This document shows, one piece after another, positions 28,354 through 37,773 of a DNA stretch of 64,000 bases. The stretch is taken from positions 36,368 through 100,367 of the forward strand of contig CAITUV010000019.1 of NCBI GenBank assembly GCA_903895725.1, in the 5' to 3' direction. Within the stretch, counting starts at the first letter, position 1; every line of letters starts with the position of its first letter. A model generated the notes under the pieces. The model searched no databases, had not been told where the DNA came from, and was given only the letters and a program-made list of their open reading frames with translations. Made by a program: the position numbers and the translations under genes. Source of the DNA: an uncultured Myxococcales bacterium. GTDB taxonomy: Bacteria > Myxococcota_A > UBA9042 > CAIXZC01.

Positions 28354-28500
28354 CGTCCTTCCTCCAGTGCCAGTTGAAATGGGACCCGAAAATCAACCAT
28401 CTGAAGGAGAGGATCGCACAGGCCAAACCGGGATTGCAAGAAAAAAAAACCATCGTTCCCGGGGGGCTCCCGACGGCCTCTCAGGCCCGTTGATTTCCCG

Positions 28501-30384
28501 TTGCCCTTGGCCCTATGCTGTGCGGCGGAGGCAGAGATGATGGAACCGAAAGGACCCCGTGACCCAGGCGAACCCACAACCGGGCTCCGTCCATCGTCCT
28601 GGCCGCTTCCGATCTCGTCCACGCCGCTTCAGGGCTCCTCCACGCGGCTCTCGACCGCGTTTCCACCGGTTTCCACCGCCTCCCTGGTGCTCCCGGCTCT
28701 GCTCTTTGCGGCTCTGGCTGCCGCTCTTCGCTTTCCCACCCTGGCGCTCAAGCCCTACTGGATCGCCGAAGTCCAGGAGTTCACCTATGCGTGGCGCGAC
28801 GACACGCTCCGGTTCCTCCCCTTTGCTGCCGGGGACATCATCGGGTTCGCCTGGCAGGAGTGCTGCGCCACCCTGGGGTTGCCACCCGATCCGTTCGTCG
28901 TGCGGGGGCTTTCGGCCATCACGGGATCGCTGTTGCCAGCGGCCCTTTATGTGCTCCTCGCACGCCGGGGCCTGCGGCAGGAAGGAACCGTGGCGGCCCT
29001 TCTCACCGCGTTGAGCCTCCCGCTCCTCGCAGCCTCCCAGGAAGCCCGCTACTACATCGGGATGTCGACGTTCCTGGGCATGGGCATTCTCATCGACGCA
29101 TTTCCCCTCCCCGGCCGCAGGTCGCACCGGCCCTCGGGGCCCGAGTCATCCGCCCCGGCGCCCCTCCTCGGGCTCGTCGACTCACTGGCCCTGCTCTGCC
29201 ACCCGTACGCGCTGTTCTGGATCGCGGTTCGATGGGCGGGACACTTCCCGGTCCGGCCTCCCGCCATCCGGAAGGACTCCCTGGCACCGGGGGGTCCGAC
29301 TGTCCGCAGGTGGCTGCGGTATGGGGTCCCGGTGACCCTGGCGGCCACGGCCCAGGTCGTGCAGATCGCGGCGGCGGCCGGTCGCTTCCGGAACCTTCAT
29401 TCCTGGTTCCGCCTCGAGGAGTACCCGCCGGGGTTCCAGCTCGTTCCGGAGCTTCTCGCGTCGGTGGCCGGGGGAACGGGGTGGCCCCTGTACCTGCTGG
29501 CCGCCCTTGCCGGAATCGGGCTCTTCCTACTCTCCTCCGAAAGGCCGAGGGCTGCGCTCACTCTTCTTCTGGCGTCCTTCGGGGGTCCGGTTCTCGTCAC
29601 CGCGGCCATCTGGCTGGCGGGTGCCCGCTACTCGTTCACTCACATGCTTCCGGCAACGGTGCCCATCTGCGTGGCGGCGGCATTCGGGATTGCGCAACTG
29701 GCCCGCCTGGCTGCCTCCCGGGTTCCCCGATCGACGTTCCGTGTTCCAGCGCTGGCGTTGGCCCTGCTGCTTGCCGCCCAGCCTGCCATGACGGTCGGCC
29801 GCTACCTGGCTCGCAGCACCCGACTGGAGCTGGGGGCGGACATCGCCTCCGCCTGCCGCTTCCTGGGCAGTGAGGCACGGCCCGGAGACGTGGTTGCAAC
29901 CCGCTACGACAAGTACTTCACCGCCTTCGTCCACTACTGTGGCCCGCAGCTGGCCGACGGAGTCGTCGTGGCGGTGCCGGAGATCCCTCAAGACCCGTTC
30001 TTCATCGACTTCAATCACCTCTTCCCGGCCGGCTCGCCTCCGGCGGCGGTGGACAGGACCGTGCTGCTCGAATCGGCGCTTCCCGCTGCGTCCCCCGATG
30101 CGGCGGTCTTCGTCGTGCTCCCCTACTTCGAGGACATCGAGGGGAAGTACAACGAGTGGCACGGCTGGCTCGACGGAGTGGGGGCCTATGGGCCGAGGGT
30201 GGGTCCGTTTCCGTCGGCTTCAATCCACGCGCTCACGCGCTGGGACTACGGCCTGATGCGGATCCTGCGGATCCCGCTCCGTGTCGGGCCGGACGGGCGG
30301 ACCTGGCGCCCGGACCAGGCCCCCGCCAGCGAGCTCGAGACTTGGATCCGGTCGGTCTTCGCTCAGGGGCGGCCGCTGCGTTGA
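28501..30384 (+). CDS. Polytopic membrane protein, ArnT/PMT-like glycosyltransferase candidate. Start is ambiguous between 28501 and 28537.
   Basis: 627 aa with more than 10 TM helices. Confidence 0.5.
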   Translation: MPLALCCAAEAEMMEPKGPRDPGEPTTGLRPSSWPLPISSTPLQGSSTRLSTAFPPVSTASLVLPALLFAALAAALRFPTLALKPYWIAEVQEFTYAWRDDTLRFLPFAAGDIIGFAWQECCATLGLPPDPFVVRGLSAITGSLLPAALYVLLARRGLRQEGTVAALLTALSLPLLAASQEARYYIGMSTFLGMGILIDAFPLPGRRSHRPSGPESSAPAPLLGLVDSLALLCHPYALFWIAVRWAGHFPVRPPAIRKDSLAPGGPTVRRWLRYGVPVTLAATAQVVQIAAAAGRFRNLHSWFRLEEYPPGFQLVPELLASVAGGTGWPLYLLAALAGIGLFLLSSERPRAALTLLLASFGGPVLVTAAIWLAGARYSFTHMLPATVPICVAAAFGIAQLARLAASRVPRSTFRVPALALALLLAAQPAMTVGRYLARSTRLELGADIASACRFLGSEARPGDVVATRYDKYFTAFVHYCGPQLADGVVVAVPEIPQDPFFIDFNHLFPAGSPPAAVDRTVLLESALPAASPDAAVFVVLPYFEDIEGKYNEWHGWLDGVGAYGPRVGPFPSASIHALTRWDYGLMRILRIPLRVGPDGRTWRPDQAPASELETWIRSVFAQGRPLR

Positions 30385-30469
30385 CACCACTCCACAACTC
30401 AGCCGCAGTGGGCTACAGGACGATGCTTGGTTGAAGGGCGGCCGCACATCGGTGCGCGGCCTCAGGCGG

Positions 30470-30493
30470 GGCCGCGGTCTTTCGACCGCGGCC
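30470..30493. terminator. Strong GC hairpin (10-bp stem, tttc loop) between convergent genes, with no U-tract.
   Basis: g-ccgcggtc-tttc-gaccgcgg-c, read from the sequence. Confidence 0.35.
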
Positions 30494-30521
30494 GCCGGAG
30501 AGCCTGGGGACTACGCCTCGC

Positions 30522-30614
30522 CTACTTCTTGTTCTTGTGACGCGCCAGCTTTCTTCGCTTCCGGTACTTGTGCTTCGAGATCTTCCGGCGCCGCCACTTC
30601 TTTACGCTCCCCAT
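30522..30614 (-). CDS. Highly basic 30-aa micro-protein resembling ribosomal protein bS22.
   Basis: Hand translation gives MGSVKKWRRRKISKHKYRKRRKLARHKNKK. GGAGG lies 5 nt upstream of ATG 30614. Below the ORF-track size cutoff. Confidence 0.55.
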   Translation of the reverse strand: MGSVKKWRRRKISKHKYRKRRKLARHKNKK

Positions 30615-30745
30615 CGACTCCTCCGCGACACGCTCGATTCCATGTTCAGGCCGGCTGGCGGGATCCGTCGATCAGCCGCTCCGGCGGGTTGTGAACCTAC
30701 TCGTTTCCCGTCCGACTGTAAAGGTCTTTTTTCGTCCGGACCGGT

Positions 30746-32041
30746 CTAGAACCAGTTCTTCGTGTTGGTGGGATCGAAGTCCCGCTCGACCGGGGCCTGG
30801 GCTTCCTGCATCATGCCGTGGCCACCGGCGGGGACCATCTCATGCCGGGGGATGGGAGGAGGCATGGACTGATCGTACGTGCGGACCGGGACCTTGTCCT
30901 TGGCCAGCATGTTCCGGTTGGCCGGCTGGGCGGTCTCCTGGGTCATCCGCTGCGGTCCGAGCATCCCCGTCTGCCGCTTCTCGGTCCAGTGCCGACCGGG
31001 GGCAGCCGTGTCCCCATCCATCGGCATCTCGGACTCGCCCCGGATATCCAGCTTGCGGGCCGTCTCCTTCTCCATGTCGAAGCCTGTGGCGATGATAGTC
31101 ACCTTGACCCGGTCGGTCAGGGTCTGGTCCACCACGCACCCCATGATGATTTCGGCATTCGGGTCCGCAGCCTTCTGGATGAGCTGCATCGCCTGGTTGA
31201 TCTCCTGGATCTTGAGGTCCTGGCCGCCGCTGATGTTGACCAGCACGCCCGTGGCACCGATGATGCTCGTCTCCTCGAGCAGAGACGAGGTCATGGCCCG
31301 CTGGGCTGCCTCGGCCGCACGCCCTTCGCCGGAAGCCTCGCCCATCCCCATGATCGCCTTGCCCTTGCCCTTCATGATCCGCTTGGCGTCGGCAAAGTCG
31401 ACGTTGATGAGGCCGGGCACCACGATGAGGTCGGAGATGCTGCGGACCGCATCCCGGAGCACGCCGTCCGCCAGCTTGAACGCGTCCAGCACGCCCAGGG
31501 GTTCGTTGGAGATGTCGAGCAGCCGGTCGTTCGGGATCACGATGAGGGAGTCGACGGCCTTGGCCAGCTCACGGATGCCCATGTCCGCGTTGCGCTGCCT
31601 CGGAACCCCCTCGAACGTGAAGGGACGAGTCACCACGCCGACGGTCAGCGCACCGGCCTCCCGGGCCACCTGGGCAATCACCGGGGCCGATCCGGTCCCC
31701 GTTCCACCGCCCATTCCGGCCGTCACGAACACCATGTCGCATCCCTTCACCAGCTCCGCGATCTGCGTCTTGTCCTCGAGGGCCGCCTCCCGCCCCTTGG
31801 TGGGGTCTGCTCCGGCGCCAAGGCCGCGCGTCGCCTGCTTGCCGAGCTGGATCGTCACGTCCGCCCGGCTGTCCTTGAGTGCCTGGCAGTCGGTGTTGGC
31901 CGCGACGAACATGGTGCCGTTGAGCCCGGCTGCCACCATGTTGTTCACCGCGTTTCCACCGCCGCCACCGGCCCCCACGACCAGGATGCGCGCCCGGTTC
32001 TTTTCCGCCTGCCCCATCTCGTCCATTCGAATCGTAACCAT
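30746..32041 (-). CDS. ftsZ: Cell division GTPase FtsZ.
   Basis: GGGTGTG tubulin signature, ILVVGAGGGGGNAV, C-terminal conserved peptide. Confidence 0.95.
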   Translation of the reverse strand: MVTIRMDEMGQAEKNRARILVVGAGGGGGNAVNNMVAAGLNGTMFVAANTDCQALKDSRADVTIQLGKQATRGLGAGADPTKGREAALEDKTQIAELVKGCDMVFVTAGMGGGTGTGSAPVIAQVAREAGALTVGVVTRPFTFEGVPRQRNADMGIRELAKAVDSLIVIPNDRLLDISNEPLGVLDAFKLADGVLRDAVRSISDLIVVPGLINVDFADAKRIMKGKGKAIMGMGEASGEGRAAEAAQRAMTSSLLEETSIIGATGVLVNISGGQDLKIQEINQAMQLIQKAADPNAEIIMGCVVDQTLTDRVKVTIIATGFDMEKETARKLDIRGESEMPMDGDTAAPGRHWTEKRQTGMLGPQRMTQETAQPANRNMLAKDKVPVRTYDQSMPPPIPRHEMVPAGGHGMMQEAQAPVERDFDPTNTKNWF

Positions 32042-32109
32042 CGCTCTTCCTCCTTGCCTGTCTTTGGACCTCGGTCCCGTTTTCAGTTCCGCTCTAGTGC
32101 TCCGCTATA

Positions 32110-33375
32110 TCAATGAGAAACAAACGCATCTTCCAACCACTTCCGGAACTTCCCCCACCAGCCATCGCTTCCCCGCTCCGACGTTCGGTGCGACGATGCC
32201 ACCGCCTCGGTGGGGCGCTCGCGGGCCACGTTGAGCACCATGCCCAGGGCCACCGCATAGCTGGGGTCCGTGACCGCACTGGTCACGCCGCCCACCGTGC
32301 TGTCCAGGTTCACCACGTCGCCGACCCGGGCGTTGACGCCGAGGATCTCGTGGGCCAGCTCGTCGATCTGCGGAATGAGCGCTGTGCCGCCGGTCAGCAC
32401 GATCCCGGCCGGGACGAACTCCTGGTGACCTGCCTCGCGGATGCGCGTGCCGATGGTCGTGAAGATCTCCTCCAGCGTCGGCTCGATGACCTCGCCCAGG
32501 AGCGCCCGCTTGATCTCGGCATCCTGCTTGCGAACCCCGACGGTCGGGACCCGGATGACTTCGTCGTCCCCGGGGGCCGAGGCCTTGGCGATGGCATGCT
32601 TCAGCTTGATCGCCTCGGCCTCCGCACGGGGAGTCCTCAGTGCCACGGCAAGCTCGTCCGAGATCTGCTTGCCGCCGATGTTGACCACACCGCTCTGGAT
32701 CACGCTGCCGTTGTGCCACACCACGAAGTCGGTCGTGCCTGCTCCGATGTCCGCCAGGATCACGCCCAGCTCCTTCTCCTGCTCGAGGAGGATGACTTCG
32801 GACACGGCCAGGGCGGAGAAGACGAGCCCCGACACCCGGATGCCCTCCCGATTGCAGCAGGTGATGATGTTGTCCATGGCCGCTCGGGCCGCAGTGATCA
32901 TGTGCACCCGAGTCTCCAGCCGCACCCCGGCGATGCCGAGAGGGCTCTGGAGACCGGGATTGTCGTCCACGGAAAACTCGATCGGAAGCACGTGGACGTA
33001 CCCGCGCCCCTCCTCGAGCTTGCACGTGCGTGCCTGCTGCAGGCAGCGCTGCACGTCGTCCGGCTTCACTTCGTTGTTCTTCACGCTCACCATGCCCTGC
33101 TGGTTGCGCGAAGCGATGTGACTGCCGGTGATGGAGCAGTAGGCCTCCGAGACTTCCCGGCCGCTCATCAGCTCCGCAGCTTCGACTGCGCTTCGAATGG
33201 CACCGACCGTGCTGTCGATGTTAATGACGACCCCTCGCTTGAGCCCGGTGGATCGAGCCTTGCCGACACCGATGATGTCGATGCCCGCCTCGGTACGCTC
33301 CGCGATGACGCAACGTACCCACTCGGTCCCGATGTCGATCGCCGTGATCAGGTCGCTCTTTCTGCCTCTCGCCAT
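32110..33375 (-). CDS. ftsA: Cell division protein FtsA (actin-like ATPase).
   Basis: 421 aa with actin-fold motifs (AIDIGTEWVRCV; DIGAGTTDFVV). Confidence 0.9.
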   Translation of the reverse strand: MARGRKSDLITAIDIGTEWVRCVIAERTEAGIDIIGVGKARSTGLKRGVVINIDSTVGAIRSAVEAAELMSGREVSEAYCSITGSHIASRNQQGMVSVKNNEVKPDDVQRCLQQARTCKLEEGRGYVHVLPIEFSVDDNPGLQSPLGIAGVRLETRVHMITAARAAMDNIITCCNREGIRVSGLVFSALAVSEVILLEQEKELGVILADIGAGTTDFVVWHNGSVIQSGVVNIGGKQISDELAVALRTPRAEAEAIKLKHAIAKASAPGDDEVIRVPTVGVRKQDAEIKRALLGEVIEPTLEEIFTTIGTRIREAGHQEFVPAGIVLTGGTALIPQIDELAHEILGVNARVGDVVNLDSTVGGVTSAVTDPSYAVALGMVLNVARERPTEAVASSHRTSERGSDGWWGKFRKWLEDAFVSH

Positions 33376-33420
33376 GTGCTCCTCCTCCGTATCTAGACCG
33401 TCATTCAGTTCCGCTTGTCC

Positions 33421-34395
33421 TCAGGGCATCATCCCGGTGGCACCGGCGGCCGGGGCCGCCAGGATGCGCGGCACGCTTTCGAGCTCGACATGAGCGCCGG
33501 CGACTGCCACCTTCTCCGGGTACTTCTCGTTGTCCAGCGACACGACCTCGAGCGGGGACCGCCGCCCGGCCAGATCGGCCAGCACGACTTCCAGGCGCCC
33601 CAGCTTGGCCGTGTAATCGCCAAACCCCATCTCAAACCGTTCGCCTCCGGCACACACGAGGGTGTACCCGAAGCGCTCGTCATACCCCGCCTCCACGACC
33701 TTGTAGTACCGGTCGAGACCCCGATCCCGGTACCGCTTCACGATTCCCAGCGCCTCGCCGACGATCTCCCGCGCCCGGCGCTCGTCCCCGGCATCGATCC
33801 GCTTTCGGGCTTCCACGCCCGAAATCACCAGCAGGTCCGAGGTCAGCTCTCGGGGCTCCAGCTCCTTGAACACGTAACCGGCCTGGTCCACGAGGTAGCT
33901 CCCCTCCTCCACCAGCACGGCGGCAACGACTCGCTCCTTGACCCGGATCACGAGCCGGTCCGGAAGCTCCCGCTCCACGTCCACCGTCTCGGCCCAGGGG
34001 AGATACCGGAGCCGCTCGGTCACCAGATCCTCGTCGATGGACAGCACGTTCTCGCCCACCTGCACGCCGGATGCGGCGACGACCTCCTCGGTCGTCATCC
34101 GGGAATTCCCTTCCACCACGACCTCGCTGAGTGCGAAGTACGGCGAGGTCAAGAGCTTCACGTAGGCGAAGTAGCCCAGTGCCGGAATGCCGGCTGCCAG
34201 GGTTGCCACCAGCAGGTAGGGAAGCAGTCGGAATGCCGCTCCCCCGATGTCCGGAAGGCTTCCTGCGACCGACCGCGACCGCACGGTCCGACGCCGGCTC
34301 CGGGTGCGGAGCTCGGGCGGCAGGAACGTCGAGGACGAAGTGGCCACGTAGCGCTGCGGCTTTCGCGACAACAGGAACTTGCGAAGTGCCTTCAT
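33421..34395 (-). CDS. ftsQ: Cell division protein FtsQ.
   Basis: 324 aa single-TM protein with a POTRA-like region. Starts MKALRKFLL and overlaps the murG stop by ATGA. The longer track ORF was rejected. Confidence 0.8.
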   Translation of the reverse strand: MKALRKFLLSRKPQRYVATSSSTFLPPELRTRSRRRTVRSRSVAGSLPDIGGAAFRLLPYLLVATLAAGIPALGYFAYVKLLTSPYFALSEVVVEGNSRMTTEEVVAASGVQVGENVLSIDEDLVTERLRYLPWAETVDVERELPDRLVIRVKERVVAAVLVEEGSYLVDQAGYVFKELEPRELTSDLLVISGVEARKRIDAGDERRAREIVGEALGIVKRYRDRGLDRYYKVVEAGYDERFGYTLVCAGGERFEMGFGDYTAKLGRLEVVLADLAGRRSPLEVVSLDNEKYPEKVAVAGAHVELESVPRILAAPAAGATGMMP

Positions 34396-35462
34396 GCCTT
34401 CCCCCTGGCCACGTCGAGGACCCGGGCCGCAGCGTCGCACACGCCCAGCCCGGCGCTGGCTACTTCCATGGCCGCCAGCGCAGCCCGGTCCTTCCGGAGT
34501 CTTTCCAGCTCGTCCAGCAGCCGGTCCTCGTTGAACGAGGCCTGCTCGAACACCAGACCACCGCCGGTCCGCTCCATCTCCCGGGCATTGGCGAGCTGGT
34601 GGTTGTCCGTCGCAAACGGGAACGGGATCAGAATCGCCGGAACGCCCACCGCAGTGAGCTCCGCAATGGTCGTGGCACCGGCCCGGCCCACGACGATCGA
34701 GGCCGCCGCAAGCTGGGAAGCCATGTCCTCCACGTACTCCAGGATCTCCACCCGCGGAGCCCCGGCATAGGCTGCCTCGACCTCGGCCAGCCGACCTTCT
34801 CCGGCCTGATGGACCACCGTCACGTCCGGGTGACGGTGCACGAAATCCGCCAACCCCCGGGCCACCGTCGTGTTCAGGAACTGGGCCCCCTGAGAGCCGC
34901 CCAGAACCAGGACCCGGAACTGCTCCGCACTCGGCTTGCGAAGGCCGCGGGCGGCAGCAATCTCCGTGCGCACGGGGTTGCCCGTCAACACCACCTTCCA
35001 CGCAGGGAAGTATCCCGAGCTCATGGGGAACGACACACACACCTTGCGCACGACCTTGGACAGGAACCGGTTCGTGCTCCCCGGAATCGTGTTCTGCTCG
35101 CACAGAACCGTGGGAATCCCCATGCCGGCGGCAGCGATCATGGCCGGAGCGGATGCATACCCCCCGAGCCCCAGCACCACATCCGCCCGGAATTCCTTGA
35201 GGATCCGGGCCGCCATCGGCAGCGACACGCCCAGGCACGCCAGCCCTTTCATCTGCGCAGGCAGCGACATCCCCCGCATCCGCTCGAGCGGCAGGAGCCG
35301 GATGTCGAACCCGTGGGCCGGCACGAGAGTCCCTTCCAGCCCCCGGGCCGCGCCGACGAACAGGATGGCCTCGGCCGCCGCCTGAGCCATGGCTGCCTGC
35401 GCAACCGCCAATGCCGGATAGATGTGCCCGCCGGTCCCACCGGCCGTCACCACGAGCCTCAT
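34392..35462 (-). CDS. murG: UDP-N-acetylglucosamine--N-acetylmuramyl-(pentapeptide) pyrophosphoryl-undecaprenol N-acetylglucosamine transferase MurG.
   Basis: MRLVVTAGGTGGHIYPALAVA N-terminal signature. 356 aa. Confidence 0.9.
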   Translation of the reverse strand: MRLVVTAGGTGGHIYPALAVAQAAMAQAAAEAILFVGAARGLEGTLVPAHGFDIRLLPLERMRGMSLPAQMKGLACLGVSLPMAARILKEFRADVVLGLGGYASAPAMIAAAGMGIPTVLCEQNTIPGSTNRFLSKVVRKVCVSFPMSSGYFPAWKVVLTGNPVRTEIAAARGLRKPSAEQFRVLVLGGSQGAQFLNTTVARGLADFVHRHPDVTVVHQAGEGRLAEVEAAYAGAPRVEILEYVEDMASQLAAASIVVGRAGATTIAELTAVGVPAILIPFPFATDNHQLANAREMERTGGGLVFEQASFNEDRLLDELERLRKDRAALAAMEVASAGLGVCDAAARVLDVARGKA

Positions 35463-36655
35463 GGCGTCTCCTTCACGAACACCTGTACGCTGCCCGCCTC
35501 CAGCGCCACCCCGGCCTCCGCTTTCTCCAGGCGAGGGAAGGTCCTCGACGCGTTGAGCAAAACGCCCACGCACGCGGCCATCACGACCATGCTCGAGCCG
35601 CCCAGGCTCACGAACGGAAGCGTCAGCCCCTTGGTCGGAAGAGTGCCGGTCGCCACGCCGATGTTGATCCCGGCCTGCATCACGACCAGCAGCGTGACGC
35701 CGAACACCGTGTGCCGGGCGAACCGGTTCTTCAGCTCCGTGGCCAGCTTGAGCCCCCGCCACAGGATGAACCCGAACAGCGCCAGCACGATGAAGCAGCC
35801 CACCATCCCCAGCTCCTCTCCGATCACGCTGAAGATGAAGTCGGTCTCGGCCTCGGGCACGTACCCCGCGATGTTCTGCTGCCCCCCTCCGAGCCCCGAC
35901 CCGAACAGCCCGCCCGACGCGATGCTGATCTTTGAGTTTACGAGCTGGTATCCCTCACCGTCCGCGAACTGTTCCGGGTTGAGCCATGCCGACACCCGGT
36001 TGAGCTTCTCGGGGTCGAACGCCAGCACCGTGGTCGCCATGATCGCGCCCACGAGCCCCAGTGCCCCGATGTGCTTCCACGGCACGCCGGCCACGAACAG
36101 CACCGCCATCAGCACGGACAGGAGGATGATGCAGGAGCCCAGGTCCGGCTGCGCCAGGTAGAGCGCCACCAGCAGCATGGCCACCATCAGGTGAGGGAGG
36201 GCGCCCAGCTTGAAGTCCAGGATCCGGTGCTCCCGGAACGACAGGGAATGGCTCACCCACACCACGAAGGCCAGCTTCACCAGCTCGCCCGGCTGAACCC
36301 AGATGCTTCCGAACTGGAACCAGCGGACGGCCCCGAGGTGCTCCTTGCCGAAAAGCAGCACCAGGATCATGGCGGCAAAGCTGCCGATGAGTGCCGGCCA
36401 GGCCAGCTTCTGGAGCCACCGGAACGGGATGAACGTGGCGGCAGCCATCGTCAGGAGCCCGAAAGCCACGAACAGGAACTGCCGCTCGAGGTAGTACATC
36501 GAGTTGCCGCCGGTCTTCTTGAGCATCTCCGGCGTCACCATGAGGTAGGCCGTCGCACTGTACACCATCACCAGGCCGATCCCCATCAGCAGCATGGTAC
36601 CGAGCAGCACGCCGTGCTCGAACTTCACACGCCCTTCCACCAGCTCCCGGTTCAT
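35459..36655 (-). CDS. ftsW: Peptidoglycan glycosyltransferase FtsW (SEDS family).
   Basis: 398 aa with 10 TM helices and SEDS motifs. Start is MNRELVEG; the track N-terminal extension was rejected. Confidence 0.85.
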   Translation of the reverse strand: MNRELVEGRVKFEHGVLLGTMLLMGIGLVMVYSATAYLMVTPEMLKKTGGNSMYYLERQFLFVAFGLLTMAAATFIPFRWLQKLAWPALIGSFAAMILVLLFGKEHLGAVRWFQFGSIWVQPGELVKLAFVVWVSHSLSFREHRILDFKLGALPHLMVAMLLVALYLAQPDLGSCIILLSVLMAVLFVAGVPWKHIGALGLVGAIMATTVLAFDPEKLNRVSAWLNPEQFADGEGYQLVNSKISIASGGLFGSGLGGGQQNIAGYVPEAETDFIFSVIGEELGMVGCFIVLALFGFILWRGLKLATELKNRFARHTVFGVTLLVVMQAGINIGVATGTLPTKGLTLPFVSLGGSSMVVMAACVGVLLNASRTFPRLEKAEAGVALEAGSVQVFVKETP

Positions 36656-36660
36656 CGCCG

Positions 36661-37773
36661 CTACCTCACCTTGATCGATGCCAGTGCCACCAGGCCGAGC
36701 AGGATGGAGATGATCCAGAACCTCGTGATGATCTTCGGCTCCGGATAACCCTTCAGCTCGAAATGATGGTGGATCGGCGCCATGCGGAACACCCGCTTCC
36801 CGGTCAGCTTGTACGATACCGTCTGCGTGATCACCGATACCGCTTCCAGCACGAACACGCCCAGGATGATCACGCTGAGCAGCTCGTTCTTCGTGAACAC
36901 GGCCACGCACCCGAGCAGCCCGCCCAGCGCCAGGGCCCCCACGTCGCCCATGAAGATTGAAGCCGGGTACGCGTTGTACCAGAGGAACCCGAGCCCCGCT
37001 CCGATGACCGCCGAGCAGACCACGGTCAGCTCCTCGGCCCCCGGGATCACCGGCAGCAACAGGTACTTGACCAGCCTGGCCTTCACCAGCGTACCGCCAC
37101 TGAGATAGGCGAACACCAGGAACACCCCCGACGACGAGATGGTCGGGAAGATCGCCAGCCCGTCCAGGCCGTCCGTCAGGTTCACCGCATTGGATGCACC
37201 CACGATCACGATCGAGGCGAAGATCAGGTACGCCCACTCCGGGATGTCCTGGTAGTAGCGGTCGATCCTCAGGTAGGGGAAGTAGACTCTCGACGGGTAC
37301 CCCACCTCAGGAGCCAGCACGTAGAAGAAGAGCGCCATCGTACCCAGCGCCAGGGTAAACTGCCAGAACAGCTTGGTCTTGCCCCGCACCCCCTTGCCGC
37401 CGCCACGCACCAGCTTGAGCCAGTCGTCCATGAAGCCGAGCACGGCGTAGCCCGCAGTGATGGCCATGGTCATCAGCACGTACACGTTGCGGATGTCGGC
37501 CCACAGTGCCACCGACACCAGGATGGCCACGATCATCAGGGCACCGCCCATGGTCGGCGTGCCTGCCTTCTTGAGGTGATCCTGCGGCCCGTCCTCCCGG
37601 ATCGTCTGCCCGATCTGCCGGAACCGGAGGACCCGGATGAACCACGGGTACAACAGCCAGGTGATCATCAGGCTGGTGACCACCGCGGCAATGGCCCGGA
37701 ACGGGACGTACCGCAGGACGTTCATCCCGCTGCTGATGTGCTCGCGCAACCATTCGTGGAGGAGATAGAGCAT
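36661..37773 (-). CDS. mraY: Phospho-N-acetylmuramoyl-pentapeptide transferase MraY.
   Basis: 370 aa with conserved DD/DDxxD and HHH motifs (VNLTDGLDGLA; APIHHHFE). Confidence 0.9.
   Translation of the reverse strand: MLYLLHEWLREHISSGMNVLRYVPFRAIAAVVTSLMITWLLYPWFIRVLRFRQIGQTIREDGPQDHLKKAGTPTMGGALMIVAILVSVALWADIRNVYVLMTMAITAGYAVLGFMDDWLKLVRGGGKGVRGKTKLFWQFTLALGTMALFFYVLAPEVGYPSRVYFPYLRIDRYYQDIPEWAYLIFASIVIVGASNAVNLTDGLDGLAIFPTISSSGVFLVFAYLSGGTLVKARLVKYLLLPVIPGAEELTVVCSAVIGAGLGFLWYNAYPASIFMGDVGALALGGLLGCVAVFTKNELLSVIILGVFVLEAVSVITQTVSYKLTGKRVFRMAPIHHHFELKGYPEPKIITRFWIISILLGLVALASIKVR

Noticed and set aside
30440-30461. Second hairpin (gccgcac-atcg-gtgcgcggc) next to the 30470-30493 hairpin.
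   Set aside because: The stem is imperfect (it needs a bulged C) and there is no U-tract. Only the perfect 10-bp hairpin was listed.
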